A stretch of 64,000 nt of DNA from the NCBI RefSeq assembly GCF_964355755.1, contig NC_092678.1, forward strand, positions 22,089,365 to 22,153,364, in the 5' to 3' direction. Position numbers and translations under genes: made by a program. The stretch is from Antedon mediterranea (lineage: Eukaryota > Animalia > Echinodermata). Positions 25,716 to 39,600 of this stretch are shown here, one piece after another; the first letter of the stretch is position 1; the number at the start of each line of letters is the position of its first letter. Under the pieces are notes generated by a model, which worked only from the letters and a program-made list of their open reading frames with translations, was not told where the DNA came from and ran no database searches.

Positions 25716-27633
25716 AAAAAAACTGCATTGGGGCCAATCAGTAGGCCTACATTAGCCTGATATTGACATTACGTAACGGATATGATAATTGCAGAAGAAT
25801 AAAGCGGACAATGTAACTTAAAACTTTATGTTAACAATATACAGTACAATAAAAACGTCTCCTAATTTCGCTTTACAAGCAAATGTTTATAAAATAAACG
25901 TCAAAAAAATATGTAATTACTCGCGATAAGCACATTGAACAACGCATCATCGGGCAAGGATTGTACAGATGTACACTATATAATGAAAAAGGTGCGTGAT
26001 ATTTAAAATAATTAGCATATTGATGCAGTCATTCATTGTGATAACATACACGAGGGATGTGACATGGAGTGTTGTATGGAGATAGACAGTTCCAGATCCT
26101 GATCTTTCGGAAATGTTTCCAAGAGAAATAATTAAGTAGGCTATAGTATGTCGAACCGAGCTCACATTGACTAAACAATATAAAGAGATTATTTATCATT
26201 TATTTAGTAGTCCTATTTAACATAATACTGTACATGTATTAAAAAACATAGGCCTGTTCATTTTTTAGAAAAAAAAACATGGATCAAACGGGCGCCACAG
26301 CAGAGAAAAGCAGCAACAACTGACGAAGCCAGACTTTGTAAGTAAGTTACATTGGTTTTAATATCTCCTTCGGTATCTTAAAACTGAATTAATTAATACA
26401 CACTGTGTTATTATTTTATTTACTGCATTCAAGATTAATAAGTATTTTTATAATGTTTTTATTTTGTTGATAAATGTCATCTGCCTGTCGACGAATTACT
26501 TCTTTCTGTACTGTTTGTCACGTCAGCTGTGTTACGAAACGTAGTGCATATTGTTAAAGAAGAAAGAAGAGTATCACTCCGCAGACAGCAGCATTATCGC
26601 AATAAATAAGCAATTTTGTCAAACCACATCAAGACAAAAGTTTGTAAAAAAAAAAACCAATCGGGAAATGTAACATGAATATGTAATACCATAATTTAAG
26701 GATATTATAAAAGTGCTTATGTACGAGTTATTGAAATTGAATATTAAACAACCATTCTAAACAAACACAGCCGGGAAATTTACCAAGATTACAATCGCCG
26801 AATAAATTAGCAAAGATTGAATATCTTTCTCATTTGAAAATAATTGTGAATAATTGGTATCTTAAACATTTTTTTAGACAGTACTTGTAGAAAAAACGAA
26901 GTTATCAAACTCAGGTATTATCGGTTACACTGTATTTAGATATTCCATCACCTAGAAGAATAGGGCTTCATTTGGTGAATATTTGAAGTTATGTAGGCCC
27001 TATATGCTATATGTTATCAATATAGTTTTTACTTGATTGATTGATTAATATTCGGATTGGATTCGAACTAAAATAAGATTCAATATAATTTTTAAATTTA
27101 ACTTTTCTATAATTCTATAGTTTTACAGCTTTTGAGTGACAATAGATGTTCCATCATTGCCAAGAAAAACTTTAAAAAGTTCTTAATAAAGCAATCAGGA
27201 ACCAAAACCTCGATCAACAATTAGTTATTTGCTGATGATGATATTGCTTTCATTTCCAACGATCGTCTTCAAGGAAGTTCAATTTTAAAAAGTCTAAAGT
27301 TCTTAAACACCATACTTATTTCCAATTACAAAGTTGGAAAACCCAAGGAAGAGTGAAATTAATTTCCCTGGAAAACCCAGGTTGGGTGAATGCATTGTTT
27401 TAAAAATGGTTAACCGGAATTAGCCTATCTGTATAAGTTTTAACGGGAAATACTTGAACAAACGAGGCACTGTTAAACTAATAACCAATGGAAATATAGA
27501 TCAACATCATGTTAAACTTATGCTAAGATGGTACACGCATAGGCTCACGTCAGCGTTTGTAGTTAGTTGGAGAAAGTCGGTTAAACAAAGGAGTGATGGA
27601 ATAGCCTTTAAACGAACTTTTCAAGAAATTATA

Positions 27634-30600
27634 ATGAAGTTGTTCGTGTCCATCATATTTTTATCAATTTCTCATTTGATTGTTTCCATACCTGAGCCAG
27701 GAAAGTAAGTGTATTTAGTTATTTATATATGGATTTTTTTTTTCAAATTAATGTTACTTGATATGATAGGCCTAAATGATTTGTTTTCACAGTACCGATA
27801 TTATTTGGACTATTATGTGTTAGCAAATTTGAACAAGAATAACTTAAATTTAAGTCGGGACGATAGCGATTGCAACAATGTACGTGGAAGCAATGTCTTT
27901 ATTTAAAATAGCTTTGTTCATTGAAAATTTACATAATCGTTCGTGAAATTGTTGTTTTAAATTATAATTATTTTTTCAAATTTGTTATATCTAGATTGTA
28001 GGCCAATAGTTTAAAATAGAAATCGCATTTTAGCCTGAACTGCGACTAAGTCGATAGATTTCCTATGCCAAGTTGAGTAACGCACATGACAATGTGACAA
28101 CAACCACTGAACAAAGAATTTTAATCTTTTAGTCCTAATGTATGTTCTACGACAGTTTCTAAACTGCATTCACGGAAAGTTAGTTACCCCGTCTCGTACA
28201 AAACTCAAGGCAAAACGAAATGTGGTTTGTTTCGCTGGTTTCGCTGCACAACATACAGGTAGGAGCCTCAAAAATTATATTTAGTAAACTAGGATTCCGT
28301 AGGTCCAGTGTACACATCTAGCTCATGTGCACTTAAAGATGTATTGTCCCTTGAAACACAAAAAAATGAAAAAAAAAAATATTCTAAATTTAAAGTGGCC
28401 ATATCAAAAGTAATATTAAAGTTATTCACTTTAAGTCGAAAATTCGAGGCAAAAACAACAAGTTTACGTAATTAACATGTAAATTTAGTTTGATTACATT
28501 TCATCTGGAAAATCGTCGCGAGCGAAAGTAAACAAAGATTTCAAACCATGAGTACGCATTATGCATTGCTAATTAGGATTGTTTACAACTCGTCACGATT
28601 AAGAAGGTATTTTCACACAGATCTAGTCTGGGTTCCAGACGGAGTTTTGTCTTAATATTAGTAAAAAGATAAATATTTTGGCACATATGGCGTTTCATAC
28701 GTATACTACTTGATTTTGGTCGAAATAAAAACAAATAAATTAAAAAAAAGATAATACAGACTTGGGGCAAGTCTAACACAGATCATGAGGAAGTTTTATG
28801 ATTAGCCTATGCATACAGAGCAGTAGCCAAACAAGCGCGTTTCATTATGGGATGTTTTGATCGAAAACTTTGACTGGAAGTCAAAGTTATTTTTTAAACA
28901 AAAAAACGTCTGTATTTCAGTTAAATGATTTTTTTTTAGTTAGTTAGCTTAGATAGTTAATAGCTATTATGATACTTCTAAATGACCCACCTTTTTTCGA
29001 AATCTTTTATTTTTTATTTTTTTGGAATTAGTCAAATGGACAATACATCTTTAAAAGAACCTAGTACAGCTTTCGGGACGCACACAGCCACTGTCGCACA
29101 CAACCACTCATTATCATTTGCGACTCCAAAGCCGGAATGCCAAATATAAATAAAATAACAGTGACAAAATTAATCTATTTCTGAGACTTTTTTGTTTTTT
29201 CTTAAAACTTAACCATAATATTCATCTTCGAATTTTAAATGACTATAAATACGACTGTTAGCTTTTTCCATGTATTTCGAAATTATAGTTTCGAACCTTT
29301 AAGTTTAATAAAATGTTATTGTTTTAAAGTCGTCGGTACGGTATGAAATATCGCAGAGAGTACTATAAGGTGTATTCAACGAATTACTTTTGCTGTAATG
29401 GTTGGGCTGAGCATGATAAATTGGAAGGTTGTCCAATTCGTAAGTTTATAGCACAAAATTACTTTGTTTTTTGTTTTTTGTTTTTCAACGTTTTACTATA
29501 ATTAATTTGTATAGTTTAAAAACATCTAGAAACATGAATATGGCCATGGTGACGTAGATATGGTAAACATTTTATAAGATTATTAGAAGATTTCGTTATG
29601 TTCAGCATAGTTAAACCTTATTTAACTTATAATTCAGGATTATGTGTAGGCCTACCATTCATGATCAACTCCAAGTTTGATAACATTTTCTATAGCGTAT
29701 AAAGAAGAAAAACAAGCCCCATGTATAGGGGATATATGTTTGTTACGTTGGTATTAAAAAGTGTGAACAGAATCTTTTTTCTTTATATTTTTGTATAGCT
29801 TTGTGTACCGATACGAATAGATGTAGTGCCCATGGGGTGTGCGTCAGTCCAAACACATGCCGCTGCAATTCTGGTTTTGATGGACAACGTTGTGATCATA
29901 GTAAGCTATACAGTACACTTTGTAAATTTAAACCATATATGATCTGCAGTGTGTCTTATTAACATCGAGAAAGAATTCTTTCTTCCAATGAGAATGAGCT
30001 AGATGAAAGCCGTACGTAATACGTTACTAAAGCTAGTTCCCATTAAGCGTGGTTCTCACTAGAACTCAACGCAGCGACGTATTGACGCAAAGTGATGTAT
30101 TGCGTAATCACAAGTGGGAACCGACGACGCAATGGTGCTGCAAAAATCGCACGTTTGAATTCACGCAGGTGGGGACAAACACAATTATTAGAAGGGCATT
30201 TTCTTACGTTGCGTAGGTTGCGTTACGTTGCGTCGCTAGTGGGAACCAAGCTTAAAGCATGGTTCCCAATAGTGACGCAACACAAGGACGTAACGCAACG
30301 CAAGTGAATTGACCAATCACAAGCGATGGCTTATTCGCTTGTGATTACTAACTGTCTATAACTTCGCTTGTCATTGGTTAAAACGCTTGTGTTGCGTTTA
30401 CGTCCTTGCGTTACGTTCTAGTGGGAACCAAGCTTTAGAACGGAACGCAAGGTCGTAAGCCGCAACGCAAGCAAATTGACCAATCAAAAGCGACAGTTGG
30501 ATTACTCCATCGGTTTTGATTGGTCAAATCTCTAATTGACAATATTGCATATTGGGGATTTTTTCAGACATCAATGAATGTTTGGTAAACAAAGGTGGGT

Positions 30601-33600
30601 GCCAGCATCGATGTATCGACACAGTAGGAAGTTACTATTGCCAATGTTTTACTGGATATATACAGAGGGATAAAATATGTGAAGGTAACATTTGAAATTA
30701 TTTAGTTTTTCCATCTTATAGGCCTGTTATATCGCTATGGATAGAACAACATTTACTATGTTCCATGTCTAACAACAAATGTTATAAGATAGAAATCAAC
30801 GTCATTGTTTGTACCTGAATAATTAAATAATAAAATGCTATAAATATTGAACTAAATAATAATACAAATTATTATTTTTTATAATTTTGATTTTATACTT
30901 TGAAACGGTTGTGGATATTTTTTGGCTGTGCAGAGAAAATATCGTATACTTTAGATATAAGAATTGTCTTTTTGTTAGTTAACGAATGTTTAAACAACAA
31001 CGGTGGCTGTGAGCATTTGTGTAATAAGATCGTTGGCGGATTTCAGTGCGATTGTTCGCCTGGATTTGAACTTACAGGCTCTACGGAATGTTTACGTAAG
31101 TTTTTTACCATTGAATGAAATAGGTCTAGAAAGTAGAAGTTATCTACATCTGCATAGTGGGAGGTGTACTGCCTTGTTAATGAAAAAACCAAGAGTGCAA
31201 ATATTTATTTTAAATTTCAGATTATTTAATACCAGATAAACTAAAAGTTGTCGAATCTTGGGTCAATCTATTTAGGATTTTGAAATATTATGTTTGTTTA
31301 TTGTACTACGGTATCTTTAAACAATATAGCACTTGTAGGGGTTAGAATTTTTTTGCAATGAGATTGCTTTGTTGTTGTTTTTTAATATTGTTCATAATAA
31401 ATACGTACGTATGTATTGTTATTTTGTATAGAGAAAATATGAGAAAATATATTAATGTGGTCCATATTTTTAATCCAGTTGTTTCATAAATTGAAAATGT
31501 ACCAGCTAGGCATATAGTACTACTACTGTAATTATAATCGGTACATCTATACAACTATATTAAGTTGAAGATCGTATGTTTTTATAGCTATTTGTAAACC
31601 TCCGTGTAAGAACAACGGTCAATGCGTGGCACCCAGCGAATGTAATTGTCCTGATACGTATAGAGGCAGCAGATGCGAAGTCGGTAAGTATGTCAAATTG
31701 TGTGATCAATTAAAAAAAGTGTAACATTTGCAAATACTCAGAAAGTACCGTTTGATACTTACTTACTTAGTCCGGGACATACCCGAACTTATAAGTCCAG
31801 ATTCCTCCATAACTTCCTATCTGCCATTGTAACAGCCAGTTCCTCTCTCTCTGCATACCAGTGTCCAGTACATCAATGTATGTGAGAGCGGTCTTGTTTT
31901 ACAAATCCGTTTGATACACACTACTAATAAACATAATATTCTGTTCGTTTGGTACAGATGTGAATGAATGTTCGGTGGATAATGGCGGCTGTGATCATTT
32001 GTGTGAAAATCTTCCTGGAACTTTCATATGTTCGTGTTTAGATGGATATTCCGGTACAATGGACTGTACAGGTACGTATTATTAACATTCGCCTATCAAG
32101 GAAACAGCCTCTCTGAAGTATTTCTAATTGAAACGCTGGTTGTTAGTTTGTTTACGAATATAAAGTTTACAATAAATGTTTCCATAGCGAAGAATTACCT
32201 GGCGTATGACGTCAACTTTAAGTTTAATATACAACATATTTGTTCACTTTTATCAGATATTGATGAATGTTCCATAGCTAATTGTCACAGATGTATTAAT
32301 TTACCTGGTAGTTTTGAGTGTCAATGTCAGACTGGATATGAAGTCTACGATTTATACAACTGTCGAGGTAAGATAACATTGAACCACATTGCCTCAACTA
32401 CACAACTGAAAAGAAAGATAAGCGAACGATAAAGTGTATTCTCTAATTTTAATTCTAATAATCTTACTAATTTTCATTCAAAAAGATATTGATGAATGTG
32501 CCGTTGGTATAGATGGCTGTGCTCATGATTGTTCCAACTCAGTCGGTAGCTTCAGCTGTGATTGTAATCGTGGATGGACACTTAAATCTGATAAAAAGGG
32601 CTGCATAGGTATTACTATTAGTTTGTTATGTTCAATTGTTATTTTGTTGTTTGTATAAAATGTAGGTTTTGCTCAGAAACTCATACATTTTCAGTGTGAT
32701 CTTGCCGTTTGATTTTCGATTGATACCCTTTTTGTTATCTGTTCACAAATGAAGAATCGTAGTTTTTTTTTTATTATTTCATTTCCAAAAATACAACGAG
32801 AATCGAAGTTAACTAGGCCTACATCTATATGCATTTTTGCTTTTTATTTTACTTGACTTTTGAAATATTTAATTAAATCATTTTCGTTGTTCTTTCAATT
32901 CGTTCAAACAGCCAATCAATGTATCAGAATGAGTAGGCCGTTTAACGGAAAACGCACGTGTACTGGGTTTACAACAGGAGAAACTTGCGTCTTGCAATGT
33001 GACAGTAATTTTCGCTTATCAGGATCTCACACCAGAGAATGTTTATCTAGCGGTTTATGGAGTGGTCAAATAGCTCAGTGCAAAGGTGTGTACGGTCTGT
33101 TGTATATCGCACAGCGTCCGAGTTCCCAGAACATCAGTTATTAACATGTATTTAAGAAGAATAAAAATAATTGAAATGTTGCGAATCATTAAAACAATAT
33201 CAGATTTCATGCTTAGAGGTACACTTAAAATCTCCCGAGGATATTTTCCGGAAACGCGTAAAAGGATATTGGATGTTATAATGTAACGATAGCAAACGCA
33301 ACACCTCTAATGCTTAGTTCCCATCAGAGGCGTAACACAACGAAAGTGGGTTGACCAATCACAAGCCATGGATTATTCGAACTGTCGCTTGTCATTGGTC
33401 AACACGCTTACGTTGCGTTTACGTCCTTGCGTTGCATTCTAGTGGTAACCAAGTTTTACATATTAGCCTACTTGAGCAGCAAATGTGTTTCTTTTGTAGG
33501 CCTAGCCTTTGTAGAATAGTCAGCGTTATCGAACGAATTGTTATATTATTTATTATTTCTACTATTATACTTCAGTCTTCAGTATTGAGACGCTTCTCTC

Positions 33601-36600
33601 AATGTATACGGCTATATGATCGGAACACCCGGCGAATCTTTTTCGATTACCAAGTTTACGGGATCTTTAACGTTTTTTTAAAAATTGCGTATTGGTAGTC
33701 ACATGATGCCACTTTAACCAATCAGTTTTTCATAATTACATAGGCTATAATATATAATTATACTTTTACAACAGATGTCAATGAATGTTTGGTAAATAAT
33801 GGTTACTGCGATCATTTGTGTGAAAATCTTCCTGGAACATTTAGATGTTCGTGTTTTGAGGGATTTTCCGGTACAATGGACTGTATAGGTAATAATTCAT
33901 AATTACAGCAACTACTCAACGTACTTTATTGCTTGTTGACACGCATGTGTTGGAATTATTTTAAATAAATATTTGTTTATATTCGGACATCTTTTTATAA
34001 ATAAGATGTTGATGAATGTACCGTTGGTACAGACGGATGTGCTCAGCAATGTTCCAACTCAATCGGTAGCTTCAGCTGTGATTGTAAGCAGGGTTGGACA
34101 CTTGATGAAGATAGAAAAAGCTGCACAGGTATGATAAGTACAGTTTTTGACTGAAACAAAAAACATCCTAACAGTGGTTCCTATACAGTGTTAGCTGGTT
34201 CCATTAAGATTAAATCCAGAGTTATGGTTTAAAATATAATCTGATATCTTATTAAACTCTTTTTTCTATAAGATGTTGATGAATGTGCCGTTGGTATAGA
34301 TGGCTGTGCTCAAACTTGTTCCAACTCAGTCGGTAGCTTTAGTTGTGATTGTAATCGTGGATGGACACTTAATTCAGACAAGATAGGCTGTACAGGTATA
34401 CTTGTCATTTTCAGAAATCTGCAATTGAAAATCATGCTTAAACATTTTGAGACATTACCTAAAACATGAATTTAGAAATGGAAAACACCTCAGTTATATT
34501 ACTGTATGAGGCAATAGGTAACCATTCACACTTGTAGCGGTACAACATCTTTACTAAACTATTATTTTTATAAGATGTTGATGAATGTACCGTTGGTACA
34601 GATGGATGTGCTCAGCAATGTTCCAACTCAATCGGTAGCTTCAGCTGTGATTGTAAGCAGGGATGGACACTTGATGAAGATAATAAAGGATGTACAGGTA
34701 TAAAAGTACCAATACTTTTCTACAGTTACACAACTTAGTAAAACATGTCAAACTACATAGCTTCAAACCATAGGGTTGTGGTCCTATTAATACCACCAAA
34801 TCTAAGTAGGCCTACAATCCTGCGTACAGGGAATAATCAAACATACACTATTTATACCTATATAACTTAACATTTTCCTTTATATAAGATGTTGACGAAT
34901 GTGCCGTAGGTACAGATGGATGTGCTCAAAATTGTTCCAACTCAGTCGGTAGCTTTAGTTGTGGTTGTAAGCAGGGATGGACACTTGATGCAGACAAAAA
35001 GGGCTGCACAGGTATGAAAGTACCATTTCTGAGAATCTCAGTTTCACAATTATTGTATTAGCATATGAAAAGTCTAATATGGACTGGTTGACACTACTGG
35101 GATTAACTTTAGATCGAAAGGTCTTGGTACCCACCGTTGGTGTGTGAAAGAACGAACAATCTCAGATTGGAGTTGACTGCTACTGCTTCTTTAATAGCCA
35201 AGAGCCCCTATAGTGTTTTGGTATTTATTCCGAGTTATGATTATCAAATGACGGTTTAGCTAGACTTTGACATCACATTAATCGATAACCAACCAAAATG
35301 ATCCATACTGGTGACGTTTACGAGTAAATATTGTTGTTACGCAAGTAAACAAGGCCATATACATGGCTGCAGTCGCTTTCTCAAATTTGAGTTCGACCAA
35401 CCAACCGATCGACCGACCAACTGACCGACATAGTGAGCTGTAGAGTCGCGTTTGCACGCGACAAAAATGGAAAACATCCCGATCATACAGTACTAGAGTA
35501 CGAGTTTGTGACACGCCTTCATACAGTACTTATACTTGTGTGCTATCGTTTTTTACTTGTTTTTATCGTAATAAATAAACACAATAACAACAGGACGTTC
35601 ATTTCTCTATAAGATGTTGATGAGTGTGCTGTTAATTTACATGTATGTGCTCAGCAATGTTACAACTCAATCGGTAGCTTCAGCTGTGATTGCAAATATG
35701 GATGGACACTTGATACAGATAAGATAGAGTGCACAGGTATCAAAAACACTACTCATGATAAAATATTATATAATATGGTTGCTACAATACACTGTACTCT
35801 ACCAATACCGAAACGAACCAAGTCTTACTGTGCACATTAAATATTGTTTATCTTTTACAGAAATTATTTGTCCTGAAATTACAACGCCTGTCAATGGATA
35901 CATTTATTTCCCATGTGAAAATAAAGTAGGTAGTCGCTGTCGGTTTGGCTGTGATTCCGGTTACTTCTCAGACAAACTTGCAGTTGTTACAGAATGTCTG
36001 AATTCCGGAAAATGGAATAACACTGTTCCCATCTGTATTGGTAAGATAAAGTGGTAATAAACTATATAGATATTGAGTAAAAGACACAATCCATACGCTT
36101 TAATTTCGATTCATAGGCCTATACTGCTATTTTACATAAATATTGAGCTCCTTGACTGTTGAAAAATGTTTTGTTCTCGTAGAAATTCAACCATGTCTGC
36201 CATCTCCATGCGCGAACGGTGTTTGTCTAGTGTCTCAAACTGAAAGAGACGGTTATACATGCGACTGCTCTGGGACTGGTTATGCAGGGAAGAAATGCAC
36301 TGAAGGACTCGTAACAACACCAGATTGGCCCGATATTTGGAAAGGAGAAATTTATGAATTGGAATTTAGCGCTTTACCAAAGCAATCACTTCAATTAATT
36401 ATTGAAACTGATTCCGACAGATTGTTAGTGGAGCCCAACCGGTTATATTTTACAGCAAAAATTAACACAGTAACGGTTTCTATCCAAGGAGTTAGCCGAG
36501 GACCAGTGAATGTAGAATACGTTTTGAGTGGAAAGAATGCAGCTGATTTCATTACACCGGACAAAGATGAAATCTTTGTTTTGAAGAACGAATCTCAAAA

Positions 36601-39600
36601 GAACTTTCCACCAACGTATCTTCTGCCATCAGGTTGTTGTGCCATAATGGTATCGGACCAACCTACAAATACAGACCTAGAGTATGTATCTACTAAGAAA
36701 TGGGAAGCGACTAATGATGGCATGACGACTAATGGAATAGTATCAATAAAAACAGAAACATTTGAATTACCACTTCGTCTTGACGGACAGACAGTCGCAA
36801 GAGGTGCTACAACATTGACAAGAATTGATAACTATAAAAGTAAAGATACAAAGAAGTATGATATCCAAAACTTTGTAAAGTTTAACTCTTTGTATCGAAA
36901 TTACACACGCCAACTTGAAAATGTTTTGCCAGATTGGATAACGTTTATATCTGTGCATATAGATCCAATGGATGCTAAAACATCTACTTCATCTTTGAGT
37001 CTTCGTGGGACTGAAGTAAAATCGATCGAGTGGTGTTCAGCTGCACCCGTCCAAGATAATGGCCAATACTCTGTCTTCTTGCTCTACAAAACACAGCTTA
37101 CAGTTGGCGGCAGGCGTATTACATTGCCACTACCACCGTTCAAAGGAAAGTACTGTTTTATAGTGGGCGTGTCCAAAATTACATCTGGAGAAGTAATGGT
37201 GGTGTTTCCAGAAGGTTCAAGAGATGTTTTAAGTTACATTGATGATATCAATGACGAACCGTCTCTTGACGCTAATGTTAACTTTTTGGCCTTTGTAAAA
37301 TCTGATAGATCCGGCAATAAAGGGGACAACATTAAAATTATAACCAATTTACAATATTCATACTACATCAATAAAACAATTTCTGCAAAACTCAAAGGAG
37401 GTGGAGATGTTCACATTTCTCTTGATAATGGCAAACAGGTACTGTAAATATAATTCATTTAAATCTAAGTTAGGATTAGGTTACGATTTGCTTGTGTCTT
37501 TTTATGGACTGGAATAAAGTACACCTGAAATAAAATCGTTACAATTCCTAGGAAAATTATTATTTAAATTTTTTCCATTAGTTGTTCAGTCACCTCTTCA
37601 TTCAACGTTGGGTGTTGCAACAGTTTGGCAATTCTAAAATCAGCTTGTTCTGGAAAGTATTCGGAGAAGACTTGAAGTTGAATTTTAGTTCAAATCAAGA
37701 AAATACACCGATTTTGAATGCTGACATTGGTGGTGAGTTTTCTTTTAATAACATTTAAGTAAAAAAAGATCGCTACTATGAAAACATAATATTAAATTCA
37801 GTGGACCACCTGTTGATGCAGTATTGCTACCAGTATCCACTGATTTGTTTGATATTTTACAGATTTTGTTGCTGATAAACACGTCTCCCAGCGAGGAATA
37901 GTGATGAAGGCGCCATCGTCAACTGATGCTTTCGACAATACCCCATTTTCCAGGTTGTTAAAGAAAATCAAAGGACCAATAGAAGTCTTTGTTGATTATG
38001 ATCTGTATCCACATAATATATTGCAATCTAATTTGGACTCTATGACAGAAACCATCAGAGATCTAAAAAGGATTGTTCCTCAAATAAAATCATTAGCTAA
38101 ACAACTAGAAGCCAGTGGATATGACGGTATATACATAGATATTAATTCTGCAGTTGATATATTGAAAGAAAACACAAGATATTATCTTTTATCAGACTTA
38201 CACGATTTGAAAACGATTGGTGACTCTGTAAACGCAATACGAATACAGTGCAAACGAGTTCTGAATATCCTATGGAATTTTGATGATGAAATGAGCAATT
38301 TGGATATTCAGAATATTGATTTGAAAACAGATTTACAAAATGTCACAACTCATTTTGAGAATTTAGGTAATCAAATTCTGATTGAAGTGCAGAATATTTT
38401 CGTTGAGGAAAGTGTATCAAGATCTGGTTTTCGCATGACTTCCCAACTCTGTTTACCTTCCAGCCTTTGCTTTCCCTCGACGAAGATTGAAGCTTTATAC
38501 TCCATCAGTAGCTGTTCCAAACTACACAATCAGTCAATATCAAACAATATTGATTCAAATCTGCCTCGAGTATGTATAACAGGAGACTATCTTATGACCA
38601 AAAACCTCAATCTATTCATAAGTATCCCGTTTGGCTCACACTTCGAGGTGGTTTTTGACTCCAGCAAGAAGTATTGGTTCGGAGGTATACAAGTGGAAAT
38701 CAACCTTCTTGGAATTCAAGGAGTAACAACTATGTATCTGGCAACGGCACAAATTCATTTCACTTTTTCTGGTAAACTGTGGGGCTTGTTTGATACGAGT
38801 GGTAATGCTACGTCTGAATTGAGTTCCTTTGAATCGATGGGACTGTCGGTAAATGGCCAAGTTGCAGCCGAGGGTCCATTATCATTGGGAAGACGTCTAA
38901 AAGACAAAATTATTTCCTTTTCCCAGAAATCTGTTGACGATAGTGAACGAAGATTAAGCCGAGCGTCTAAGTCTGTTGAAACAATAAAATCAAAATTGCA
39001 GAAAGCTTTGGACGAAGAAGTTATACAAAAGAGTACTGTTGCTAACGCTAAGAAAAAACATATTTCTGCAGCTGAAGAAGTTGTGGTGGCAAACATTGCA
39101 GTTGAAAAAGCGCGCGAGTTACTTGGATATACACGAGGAAGTATGAAAGAGACAATGGCAACACACTTGAACAAGGTTTGTGAAATAGCCGAGTGCAGAG
39201 TGGTCTGTCTACCCAGTAGTAAAATTGTCGTTGTGAAAGACAAATTTCTATCAACTATACCGATACCAAAGAAATGTTGCGATAAAACTGTTGAAGACAC
39301 GATAGTTGATACTAAAACTAGCTACTGTACGACGTGTTGGGAGTCGACGCCTGTTTCTCATGTCAGTATCAACCCATTTGTTGCCGCCGCTGGTTTTGCT
39401 TTACTATTTATACACCCCCTTTTGGGATATCCATTATTAGTATCATCCATAAAGAAAGGTAAGCGAGACTCTTATTCCATTTCCGAATGCTGTGAATTTG
39501 GTATGGAAACAGTTAAAATACCAGTTGAGTTTACGTTATGTAGCACGTGTGTTAGTTATAAGACCATTACGGGTCAAAAAGATAAGCTTCAGTTAGAAGA

